Source of the DNA: Eledone cirrhosa
Lineage: Eukaryota
Length of the DNA: 64,000 nucleotides
NCBI GenBank assembly: GCA_964016885.1
Contig: OZ024757.1
Coordinates: forward strand, 10,602,001 to 10,666,000
Direction of reading: 5' to 3'
This document shows, one piece after another, positions 48,001 to 60,000 of this stretch (positions are counted from its first letter, which is position 1; each line of letters starts with the position of its first letter). A program made the translations under genes and the position numbers. The notes under the pieces were generated by a model. The model saw only the letters and a program-made list of their open reading frames with translations. It was not told the origin of the DNA and did not search any database.

Positions 48001-51000
48001 TGATGGTGATGGCGGTGCTGGTAGTGTTGATGGTGGTGGCGGTGGTGGTAGTGTTGATCGTGGTGGCGGTGGTGGTAGTGTTGATTGTGGTGGAGGTGTT
48101 GGTGGTAGTGTTGATGGTGGTGGCGGTGGTGGGGGTAGTGTTGATGGTGGTGGCGGTGGTGGTAGTGTTGATGGTGGTGGCGGTGGTGGTAGTGTTGATG
48201 GTGGTGGCGGTGGTGGTAGTGTTGATGGTGGTGGCGGTGGTGGTGGTAGTGTTGATGGTGGTGGCGGTGGTGGTAGAGTTGATGGTGATGGCGGTGGTGG
48301 TAGTGTTGATTGTGGTGGCGGTGGAGGTAGTGTTGATGGTGGTGGCGGTGGTCGTAGTGTTGAGTGTGGTGGAGGTGTTGGTGGTAGTGTTGATTGTGGT
48401 GGCGGTGGAGGTAGTGTTGATGGTGGTGGCGGTGGTGGTAGTGTTGATGGTGCTGGAGGTGTTGGTGGTAGTGTTGATGGTGGTGGCGGTGGTGGTGGTA
48501 GTGTTGATGGTGGTGGCGGTGGTGGTAGTGTTGATGATGGTGGCGGTGGTGGTAGTGTTGATCGTGGTGGTGGTGGTGGCAGTGTTGATGGTGGTGGCGG
48601 TGGTGATGGTAGTTTTGATGGTGGTGGCGGTGGTGGTGGTAGTGTTGTTGGTGGTGGCGGTGGTGGTAGTGTTGATGGTGGTGGCGGTGGTGGTAGTATT
48701 GATGATGGTGGCGGTGGTGGTGGTAGTGTTGATGGTGGTGGTGGTGGTGGTAGTGTTGATCGTGGTGGTGGTGGTGGCAGTGTTGATGGTGGTGGCGGTG
48801 GTGATGGTAGTTTTGATGGTGGTGGCGGTGGTGGTGGTAGTGTTGTTGGTGGTGGCGGTGGTGGTAGTGTTGATGGTGGTGGAGGTGGTGGTGGTAGTGT
48901 TGATGGTGGTGGCGATGGTGGTAGTGTTGAGTGTGGTGGAGGTGTTGGTGGTAGTGTTGATGGTGGTGGCGGTGGTGGTGGTAGTGTTTCTGGTGGTGGC
49001 GGTGGTGGTAGAGTTGATGGTGATGGTGGTGGTGGTAGTGTTGATGGTGGTGGCGGTGGTGGTAGTGTTGATGGTGGTGGCGGTGGTGGTAGTGTTGATG
49101 GCGGTGGTGCTGGTAGTGTTGATGTTGGTGACTGTCGTGGTGGTAGTGTTGATGGTGGTGGCGGTGGTGGTAGTGTTGATGGTGGTGGTGGTAGTGTTGA
49201 TGGTGGTGGCGGTGGTGGTAGTGTTGATGGTGGTGGTGGTGGTACTGTTGATGGTGGTGGAGGTGGTGGTGGTAGTGTTGATGGTGGTGGCGGTGGTGGT
49301 GGTAGTGTTGATGGTGGTGGTGGTAGTGTTGAGTGTGGTGGAGGTGTTGGTGGTAGTGTTGATGGTGGTGGCGGTGGTGGTGGTAGTGTTGATGGTGGTG
49401 GCGGTGGTGGTAGTGTTGATGGTGGTGGTGGTGGTGGTAGTGTTGATGGTGGTGGTGGTGGTGGTACTGTTGATTATGGTGGAGGTGGTGGTGGTAGTGT
49501 TGATGGTGGTGGCGGTGGTGGTGGTAGTGTTGATGGTGGTGGTGGTAGTGTTGATGGTGGTGGCGGTGGTGGTAGTGTTGATGGCGGTGGCGGTGGTGGT
49601 AGTATTGATGGTGATGGCGGTGGTGGTAGTGTTGATGGTGGAGGTGGTGGTGGTAGTGTTGATGGTGGTGGCGGTGGTGGTAGAGTTGATGGTGATGGCG
49701 GTGGTGGTAGTGTTGATGGTGGTGGCGGTGGTGGTAGTGTTGATCGTGGTGGCGGTGGTGGTAGTGTTGAGTGTGGTGGAGGTGTTGGTGGTAGTGTTGA
49801 TGGTGGTGGCGGTGGTGGTGGTAGTGTTGATGGTGGTGGCGGTGGTGGTAGTGTTGATGGTGGTGGCGGTGGTGGTAGTGTTGATGGTGGTGGCGGTGGT
49901 GGTAGTGTTGATGGTGGTGGCGGTGGTGGTGGTAGTGTTGATGGTGGTGGCGGTGGTGGTAGAGTTGATTGTGATGGCGGTGGTGGTAGTGTTGATTGTG
50001 GTGGCGGTGGAGGTAGTGTTGATGGTGGTGGCGGTGGTCGTAGTGTTGAGTGTGGTGGAGGTGTTGGTGGTAGTGTTGATGGTGGTGGTGGTGGTGGTGG
50101 TAGTGTTGATGGTGGTGGCGGTGGTGGTAGTGTTGATTGTGGTGGCGGTGGAGGTAGTGTTGATGGTGGTGGCGGTGGTCGTAGTGTTGAGTGTGGTGGA
50201 GGTGTTGGTGGTAGTGTTGATGGTGGTGGCGGTGGTGGTGGTAGTGTTGATGGCGGTGGCGGTGGTGGTAGTATTGATGGTGATGGCGGTGGTGGTAGTG
50301 TTGATGGTGGAGGTGTTGGTGGTAGTGTTGATGGTGGTGGCGGTGGTGGTGGTAGTGTTTCTGGTGGTGGCGGTGGTGGTAGAGTTGATGGTGATGGTGG
50401 TGGTGGTAGTGTTGATGGTGGTGGCGGTGGTGTTAGTGTTGATGGTGGTGGCGGTGGTGGTAGTGTTGATGGTGCTGGAGGTGTTGGTGGTAGTGTTGAT
50501 GGTGGTGGCGGTGGTGGTGGTAGTGTTGATGGTGGTGGCGGTGGTGGTAGTGTTGATGATGGTGGCGGTGGTGGTAGTGTTGATCGTGGTGGTGGTGGTG
50601 GCAGTGTTGATGGTGGTGGCGGTGGTGATGGTAGTTTTGATGGTGGTGGCGGTGGTGGTGGTAGTGTTGTTGGTGGTGGCGGTGGTGGTAGTGTTGATGG
50701 TGGTGGCGGTGGTGGTAGTATTGATGATGGTGGCGGTGGTGGTGGTAGTGTTGATGGTGGTGGTGGTGGTGGTAGTGTTGATCGTGGTGGTGGTGGTGGC
50801 AGTGTTGATGGTGGTGGCGGTGGTGATGGTAGTTTTGATGGTGGTGGCGGTGGTGGTGCTAGTGTTGTTGGTGGTGGCGGTGGTGGTAGTGTTGATGGTG
50901 GTGGCGGTGGTGGTAGTATTGATGATGGTGGCGGTGGTGGTGGTAGTGTTGATGGTGGTGGCGGTGGTGGTACTGTTGATGGTGGTGGAGGTGGTGGTGG

Positions 51001-54000
51001 TAGTGTTGATGGTGGTGGCGATGGTGGTAGTGTTGAGTGTGGTGGAGGTGTTGGTGGTAGTGTTGATGGTGGTGGCGGTGGTGGTGGTAGTGTTTCTGGT
51101 GGTGGCGGTGGTGGTAGAGTTGATGGTGATAGTGGTGGTGGTAGTGTTGATGGTGGTGGCGGTGGTGGTAGTGTTGATGGTGGTGGCGGTGGTGGTAGTG
51201 TTGATGGTGCTGGAGGTGTTGGTGGTAGTGTTGATGGTGGTGGCGGTGGTGGTGGTAGTGTTGATGGTGGTGGCGGTTGTGGTAGTGTTGATGGTGGTGG
51301 CGGTGTTGGTAGTGTTGATCGTGGTGGTGGTGGTGGCAGTGTTGATGGTGGTGGCGGTGGTGATGGTAGTTTTGATGGTGGTGGCGGTGGTGGTGGTAGT
51401 GTTGTTGGTGGTGGCGGTGGTGGTAGTGTTGATGGTGGTGGCGGTGGTGGTAGTATTGATGATGGTGGCGGTGGTGGTGGTAGTGTTGATGGTGGTGGCG
51501 GTGGTGGTACTGTTGATGGTGGCGGAGGTGGTGGTTGTAGTGTTGATGGTGGTGGCGGTGGTGGTGGTAGTGTTGATGGTGGTGGCGGTGGTGGTAGAGT
51601 TGATGGTGATGGTGGTGGTGGTAGTGTTGATGGTGGTGGCGGTGGTGGTAGTGTTGATGGTGGTGGCGGTGGTGGTAGTGTTGATGGTGCTGGAGGTGTT
51701 GGTGGTAGTGTTGATGGTGGTGGCGGTGGTGGTGGTAGTGTTGATGGTGGTGGCGGTAGTGGTGGTAGTGTTGATGTTGATGGCGGTGGTGGTAGTGTTG
51801 ATGGTGGTGGCGGAGGTGGTAGTGTTGATGGAGGTGGTGGTGGTGGTAGTGTTGATGGTGGTGGTGGTGGTGGTACTGTTGATGGTGGTGGAGGTGGTGG
51901 TGGTAGTGTTGATGGTGGTGGCGGTGGTGGTGGTAGTGTTGATGGTGGTGGTGGTAGTGTTGATGGTGGTGGCGGTGGTGGTAGTGTTGATGGCGGTGGC
52001 GGTGGTGGTAGTGTTGATGATGATGGCGGTGGTGGTAGTGTTGATGGTGGTGGCGGTGGTGGTGGTAGTGTTGATGGTGGTGGCGGTGGTGGTAGAGTTG
52101 ATGGTGATGGCGGTGGTGGTAGTGTTGATGGTGGTGGCGGTGGTGGTAGTGTTGATGGTGGTGGCGGTGGTGGTAGTGTTGAGTGTGGTGGAGGTGTTGG
52201 TGGTAGTGTTGATGGTGGTGGAGGTGGTGGTGGTAGTGTTGATGGTGGTGGCGGTGGTGTTAGTGTTGATGGTGGTGGCGGTGGTGGTAGTGTTGATGGA
52301 GGTGGCGGTGGTGGTGCTGTTGATGGTGGCGGTGGCGGTGATGGTAGTGTTGATGGTGGTGGCGGTGGTGGTGGTAGTGTTGATGGTGGTGGCGGTGGTG
52401 GTAGAGTTGATGGTGATGGCGGTGGTCGTAGTGTTGATGGTGGTGGCGGTGGTGGTAGTGTTGATGGTGGTGGCGGTGGTGGTAGTGTTGAGTGTGGTGG
52501 AGGTGTTGGTGGTAGTGTTGATGGTGGTGGCGGTGGTGGTGGTAGTGTTGATGGTGGTGGCGGTGGTGGTAGTGTTGATGGTGCTGGAGGTGTTGGTGGT
52601 AGTGTTGATGGTGGTGTCGGTGGTGGTGGTAGTTTTGATGGTGGTGGCGGTGGTGGTATTGTTGAGTGTGGTGGAGGTGTTGGTGGTAGTGTTGATGGTT
52701 CTGGCGGTGGTGGTGGTAGTTTTGATGGTGGTGGCGGTAGTGTTGATGGTGGTGGCGGTGGTGGTAGTGTTGATGGTGGTGGCGGTGGTGGTAGTGTTGA
52801 TGGTGGTGGCGGTGGTGGTAGAGTTGATGGTGATGGCGGTGGTGGTAGTGTTGATGGTGGTGGCGGTGGTGGTAGTGTTGATGGTGGTGGCGGTGGTGGT
52901 AGTGTTGAGTGTGGTGGAGGTGTTGGTGGTAGTGTTGATGGTGGTGGCGGTGGTGGTGGTAGTGTTGATGGTGGTGGCGGTGGTGGTAGTGTTGATGGTG
53001 GTGGTGGTAGTGTTGATGGTGGTGGCGGTGGTGGTAGTGTTGATGGTGGTGCTGGTGGTGGTAGTGTTGATGGTGGTGGTGGTGGTACTGTTGATGGTGG
53101 TGGAGGTGGTGGTGGTAGTGTTGATGGTGGTGGCGGTGGTGGTGGTAGTGTTGATGGTGGTGGTGGTAGTGTTGATGGTGGTGGCGTGGTGGTAGTGTTG
53201 ATGGCGGTGGCGGTGGTGGTAGTATTGATGGTGATGGCGGTGGTGGTAGTGTTGATGGTGGAGGTGGTGGTGGTAGTGTTGATGGTGGTGGCGGTGGTGG
53301 TGGTAGTGTTGATGGTGGTGGCGGTGGTGGTAGTGTTGATGGTGGTTGCGGTGGTGGTGGTAGTGTTGATGGTGGTGGCGGTGGTGGTAGTGTTGATGGT
53401 GGTGGCGGTGGTGGTAGTGTTGATCGTGGTGGCGGTGCTGGTAGTGTTGAGTGTGGTGGAGGTGTTGGTGGTAGTGTTGATGGTGGTGGCGGTGGTGGTG
53501 GTAGTGTTGATGGTGGTGGCGGTGGTGGTAGTGTTGATGGTGGTGGCGGTGGTGGTAGTGTTGATGGTGGTGGCGGTGGTGGTAGTGTTGATGGTGGTGG
53601 CGGTGGTGGTGGTAGTGTTGATGGTGGTGGCGGTGGTGGTAGAGTTGATGGTGATGGCGGTGGTGGTAGTGTTGATTGTGGTGGCGGTGGTGGTAGTGTT
53701 GATGGTGGTGGCGGTGGTCGTAGTGTTGAGTGTGGTGGAGGTGTTGGTGGTAGTGTTGATGGTGGTGGCAGTGGTGGTGGTAGTGTTGATGGTGGTGGCG
53801 GTGGTGGTAGTGTTGAGTGTGGTGGAGGTGTTGGTGGTAGTGTTGATGGTGGTGGCGGTGGTGGTGGTAGTGTTTCTGGTGGTGGCGGTGGTGGTAGAGT
53901 TGATGGTGATGGTGGTGGTGGTAGTGTTGATGGTGGTGGCGGTGGTGGTAGTGTTGATGGTGGTGGCGGTGGTGGTAGTGTTGATGGTGCTGGAGGTGTT

Positions 54001-57000
54001 GGTGGTAGTGTTGATGGTGGTGGCGGTGGTGGTGGTAGTGTTGATGGTGGTGGCGGTGGTGGTAGTGTTGATGGTGGTGGCGGTGGTGGTAGTGTTGATC
54101 GTGGTGGTGGTGGTGGCAGTGTTGATGGTGGTGGCGGTGGTGATGGTAGTTTTGATGGTGGTGGCGGTGGTGGTGGTAGTGTTGTTGGTGGTGGCGGTGG
54201 TGGTAGTGTTGATGGTGGTGGCGGTGGTGGTAGTGTTGATGGTGGAGGTGGTGGTGGTAGTGTTGATGGTGGTGGCGGTGGTGGTGGTAGTGTTGATGGT
54301 GGTGGCGGTGGTGGTAGTGTTGATGGTGGTGGCGGTGGTGGTAGTGTTGATGGTGGTGGCGGTGGTGGTAGTGTTGATGGTGGTGGTGGCGGTGGTGGTA
54401 GTGTTGATGGTGGTTGCGGTGGTGGTGGTAGTGTTGATGGTGGTGGCGGAGGTGGTAGAGTTGATGGTGATGGCGGTGGTGGTAGTGTTGATGGTGGTGG
54501 CGGTGGAGGTAGTGTTGATGGTGGTGGCGGTGGTGGTAGTGTTGAGTATGGTGGAGGTGTTGGTGGTAGTGTTGATGGTGGTGGCGGTGGTGGTGGTAGT
54601 GTTGATGGTGGTGGCGGTGGTGGTAGAGCTGATGGTGATGGTGGTGGTGGTAGTGTTGATGGTGGTGGCGGTGGTGGTAGTGTTGATGGTGGTGGCGGTG
54701 GTGGTAGTGTTGATGGTGCTGGAGGTGTTGGTGGTAGTGTTGATGGTGGTGGCGGTGGTGGTGGTAGTGTTGATGGTGGTGGCGGTAGTGGTGGTAGTGT
54801 TGATGTTGATGGCGGTGGTGGTAGTGTTGATGGTGGTGGCGGAGGTGGTAGTGTTGATGGTGGTGGTGGTGGTGCTAGTGTTGATGGTGGTGGTGGTGGT
54901 ACTGTTGATGGTGGTGGAGGTGGTGGTGGTAGTGTTGATGGTGGTGGCGGTGGTGGTGGTAGTGTTGATGGTGGTGGTGGTAGTGTTGATGGTTGTGGCG
55001 GTGGTGATAGTGTTGATGGCGGTGGCGGTGGTGGTAGTGTTGATGGTGATGGCGGTGGTGGTAGTGTTGATGGTGGAGGTGGTGGTGGTAGTGTTGATGG
55101 TGGTGGCGGTGGTGGTGGTAGTGTTGATGGTGGTGGCGGTGGTGGTAGAGTTGATGGTGATGGCGGTGGTGGTAGTGTTGATGGTGGTGGCGGTGGTGGT
55201 AGTGTTGATGGTGGTGGCGGTGGTGGTAGTGTTGAGTGTGGTGGAGGTGTTGGTGGTAGTGTTGATGGTGGTGGCGGTGGTGGTGGTAGTGTTGATGGTG
55301 GTGGCGATGGTGGTGGCGATGGTGGTAGTGTTGAGTGTGGTGGAGGTGTTGGTGGTAGTGTTGATGGTGGTGGCGGTGGTGGTGGTAGTGTTTCTGGTGG
55401 TGGCGGTGGTGGTAGAGTTGATGGTGATGGTGGTGGTGGTAGTGTTGATGGTGGTGGCGGTGGTGGTAGTGTTGATGGTGGTGGCGGTGGTGGTAGTGTT
55501 GATGGTGCTGGAGGTGTTGGTGGTAGTGTTGATGGTGGTGGCGGTGGTGGTGGTAGTGTTGATGGTGGTGGCGGTGGTGGTAGTGTTGATGGTGGTGGCG
55601 GTGTTGGTAGTGTTGATCGTGGTGGTGGTGGTGGCAGTGTTGATGGTGGTGGCGGTGGTGATGGTAGTTTTGATGGTGGTGGCGGTGGTGGTGGTAGTGT
55701 TGATGGTGGTGGCTGTGGTGGTAGTGTTGATGGTGGTGGCGGTGGTGGTGGTGGTGGCAGTGTTGATGGTGGTGGCGGTGGTGATGGTAGTTTTGATGGT
55801 GGTGGCGGTGGTGGTGGTAGTGTTGTTGGTGGTGGCGGTGGTGGTAGTGTTGATGGTGGTGGCGGTGGTGGTAGTATTGATGATGGTGGCGGTGGTGGTG
55901 GTAGTGTTGATGGTGGTGGCGGTGGTGGTACTGTTGATGGTGGTGGAGGTTGTGGTGGTAGTGTTGATGGTGGTGGCGGTGGTGGTGGTAGTGTTGATGG
56001 TGGTGGCGGTGGTGGTAGTGTTGATGGTGCTGGAGGTGTTGGTGGTAGTGTTGATGGTGGTGGCGGTGGTGGTGGTAGTGTTGATGGTGGTGGCGGTGGT
56101 GGTAGTGTTGATGGTGGTGGCGGTGTTGGTAGTGTTGATCGTGGTGGTGGTGGTGGCAGTGTTGATGGTGGTGGCGGTGGTGATGGTAGTTTTGATGGTG
56201 GTGGCGGTGGTGGTGGTAGTGTTGTTGGTGGTGGCGGTGGTGGTAGTGTTGATGGTGGTGGCGGTGGTGGTAGTATTGATGATGGTGGCGGTGGTGGTGG
56301 TAGTGTTGATGGTGGTGGCGGTGGTGGTACTGTTGATGGTGGTGGAGGTGGTGGTGGTAGTGTTGATGGTGGTGGCGGTGGTGGTGGTAGTGTTGATGCT
56401 GGTGGCGGTGGTGGTAGAGTTGATGGTGATGGCGGTGGTGGTAGTGTTGATGGTGGAGTGGTGGTGGTAGTGTTGATGGTGGTGGCGGTGGTGGTGGTAG
56501 TGTTGATGGTGGTGGCGGTGGTGGTTGTGTTGATGGTGGTGGCGATGGTGGTAGTGTTGATGGTGGTGGCGGTGGTGGTAGTGTTGATGGTGGAGGTGGC
56601 GGTGGTGGTAGTGTTCATGGTGGTTGCGGTGGTGGTGGTAGTGTTGATGGTGGTGGCGGAGGTGGTAGAGTTGATGGTGATGGCGGTGGTGGTAATGTTG
56701 ATGGTGGTGGCGGTGGAGGTAGTGTTGATGGTGGTGGCGGTGGTGGTAGTGTTGAGTATGGTGGAGGTGTTGGTGGTAGTGTTGATGGTGGTGGCGGTGG
56801 TGGTGGTAGTGTTGATGGTGGTGGCGGTGGTGGTAGAGTTGATGGTGATGGTGGTGGTGGTAGTGTTGATGGTGGTGGCGGTGGTGGTAGTGTTGATGGT
56901 GGTGGCGGTGGTGGTGGTAGTGTTGATGGTGGTGGCGATGGTGGTAGTGTTGATGGTGATGGCGGTGGTGGTAGTGTTGATGGTGCTGGCGGTGGTGGTA

Positions 57001-60000
57001 GTGTTGATGGTGCTGGCGGTGGTGGTAGTGTTGATGGTGCTGGAGGTGTTGGTGGTAGTGTTGATGGTGGTGGCGGTGGTGGTGGTAGTGTTGATGGTGG
57101 TGGCGGTAGTGGTGGTAGTGTTGATGTTGATGGCGGTGGTGGTAGTGTTGATGGTGGTGGCGGAGGTGGTAGTGTTGATGGTGGTGGTGGTGGTGGTACT
57201 GTTGATGGTGGTGGAGGTGGTGGTGGTAGTGTTGATGGTGGTGGCGGTGGTGGTGGTAGTGTTGATGGTGGTGGTGGTAGTGTTGATGGTGGTGGCGGTG
57301 GTGGTAGTGTTGATGGCGGTAGCGGTGGTGGTAGTGTTGATGGTGATGGCGGTGGTGGTAGTGTTGATGGTGGAGGTGGTGGTGGTAGTGTTGATGGTGG
57401 TGGCGGTGGTGGTGGTAGTGTTGATGGTGGTGGCGGTGGTGGTAAAGTTGATGGTGATGGCGGTGGTGGTAGTGTTGATGGTGGTGGTGGTGGTGGTAGT
57501 GTTGATGGTGGTGGCGGTGGTGGTAGTGTTGAGTGTGGTGGAGGTGTTGGTGGTAGTGTTGATGGTGGTGGCGGTGGTGGTGGTAGTGTTGATGGTGATG
57601 GCGGTGGTGTTAGTGTTGATGGTGGTGGCGGTGGTGGTAGTGTTGATGGTGGTGGCGGTGGTGGTACTGTTGATGGTGGCGGTGGCGGTGGTGGTAGTGT
57701 TGATGGTGGTGGCGGTGGTGGTGGTAGTGTTGATGGTGGTGGCGGTGGTGGTAGAGTTGATGGTGATGGCGGTGGTGGTAGTGTTGATGGTGGTGGCGGT
57801 GGTGGTAGTGTTGATGGTGGAGGCGGTGGTGGTAGTGTTGAGTGTGGTGGAGGTGTTGGTGGTAGTGTTGATGGTGGTGGCGGTGGTGGTGGTAGTGTTG
57901 ATGGTGGTGGCGGTGGTGGTAGTGTTGATGGTGCTGGAGGTGTTGGTGGTAGTGTTGATGGTGATGGCGGTGGTGGTGGTAGTGTTGATGGTGGTGGCGG
58001 TAGTGGTGGTAGTGTTGATGTTGATGGCGGTGGTGGTAGTGTTGATGGTGGTGGCGGAGGTGGTAGTGTTGATGGTGGTGGTGGTGGTGCTAGTGTTGAT
58101 GGTGGTGGCGGTGGTGGTACTGTTGATGGTGGTGGAGGTGGTGGTGGTAGTGTTGATGGTGGTGGCGGTGGTGGTGGTAGTGTTGATGGTGGTGGTGGTA
58201 GTGTTGATGGTGGTGGCGGTGGTGGTAGTGTTGATGGCGGTGGCGGTGGTGGTAGTGTTGATGGTGATGGCGGTGGTGGTAGTGTTGATGGTGGAGGTGG
58301 TGGTGGTAGTGTTGATGGTGGTGGCGGTGGTGGTGGTAGTGTTGATGGTGATGGCGGTGGTGGTAGTGTTGATGGTGGTGGCGGTGGTGGTAGTGTTGGT
58401 GGTGGTGGTGGCGGTGGTGGTAGTGTTGATGGTGGTTGCGGTGGTGGTGGTAGTGTTGATGGTGGTGGCGGAGGTGGTAGAGTTGATGGTGATGGCGGTG
58501 GTGGTAGTGTTGATGGTGGTGGTGGTGGAGGTAGTGTTGATGGTGGTGGCGGTGGTGGTAGTGTTGATGGTGGTGGCGGTGGTGGTAGTGTTGATGGTGC
58601 TGGAGGTGTTGGTGGTAGTGTTGATGGTGGTGGCGGTGGTGGTGGTAGTGTTGATGGTGGTGGCTGTGGTGGTAGTGTTGATGGTGGTGGCGGTGGTGGT
58701 GGTGGTGGTAGTGTTGATGGTGGTGGCGGTGGTGATGGTAGTTTTGATGGTGGTGGCGGTGGTGGTGGTAGTGTTGTTGGTGGTGGCGGTGGTGGTAGTG
58801 TTGATGGTGGTGGCGGTGGTGGTAGTATTGATGGTGGTGGCGGTGGTGGTGGTAGTGTTGATGGTGGTGGCGGTGGTGGTAGTGTTGATGGTGGTGGCGG
58901 TGGTGGTAGTGTTGATGGTGGTGGCGGTGGTGGTAGTGTTGATGGTGGTGGTGGCGGTGGTGGTAGTGTTGATGGTGGTTGCGGTGGTGGTGGTAGTGTT
59001 GATGGTGGTGGCGGAGGTGGTAGAGTTGATGTTGATGGCGGTGGTGGTAGTGTTGATGGTGGTGGCGATGGAGGTAGTGTTGATGGTGGTGGCGGTGGTG
59101 GTAGTGTTGAGTATGGTGGAGGTGTTGGTGGTAGTGTTGATGGTGGTGGCGGTGGTGGTGGTAGTGTTGATGGTGGTGGCGGTGGTGGTAGAGTTGATGG
59201 TGATGGTGGTGGTGGTAGTGTTGATGGTGGTGGCGGTGGTGGTAGTGTTGATGGTGGTGGCGGTGGTGGTAGTGTTGATGGTGCTGGAGGTGTTGGTGGT
59301 AGTGTTGATGGTGGTGGCGGTGGTGGTGGTAGTGTTGATGGTGGTGGCGGTAGTGGTGGTAGTGTTGATGTTGATGGCGGTGGTGGTAGTGTTGATGGTG
59401 GTGGCGGAGGTGGTAGTGTTGATGGTGGTGGTGGTGGTGGTACTGTTGATGGTGGTGGAGGTGGTGGTGGTAGTGTTGATGGTGGTGGCGGTGGTGGTGG
59501 TAGTGTTGATGGTGGTGGTGGTAGTGTTGATGGTGGTGGCGGTGGTGGTAGTGTTGATGGCGGTAGCGGTGGTGGTAGTGTTGATGGTGATGGCGGTGGT
59601 GGTAGTGTTGATGGTGGAGGTGGTGGTGGTAGTGTTGATGGTGGTGGCGGTGGTGGTGGTAGTCTTGATGGTGGTGGCGGTGGTGGTAGAGTTGATGGTG
59701 ATGGCGGTGGTGGTAGTGTTGATGGTGGTGGTGGTGGTGGTAGTGTTGATGGTGGTGGCGGTGGTGGTAGTGTTGAGTGTGGTGGAGGTGTTGGTGGTAG
59801 TGTTGATGGTGGTGGCGGTGGTGGTGGTAGTGTTGATGGTGATGGCGGTGGTGTTAGTGTTGATGGTGGTGGCGGTGGTGGTAGTGTTGATGGTGGTGGC
59901 GGTGGTGGTACTGTTGATGGTGGCGGTGGCGGTGGTGGTAGTGTTGATGGTGGTGGCGGTGGTGGTGGTAGTGTTGATGGTGGTGGCGGTGGTGGTAGAG

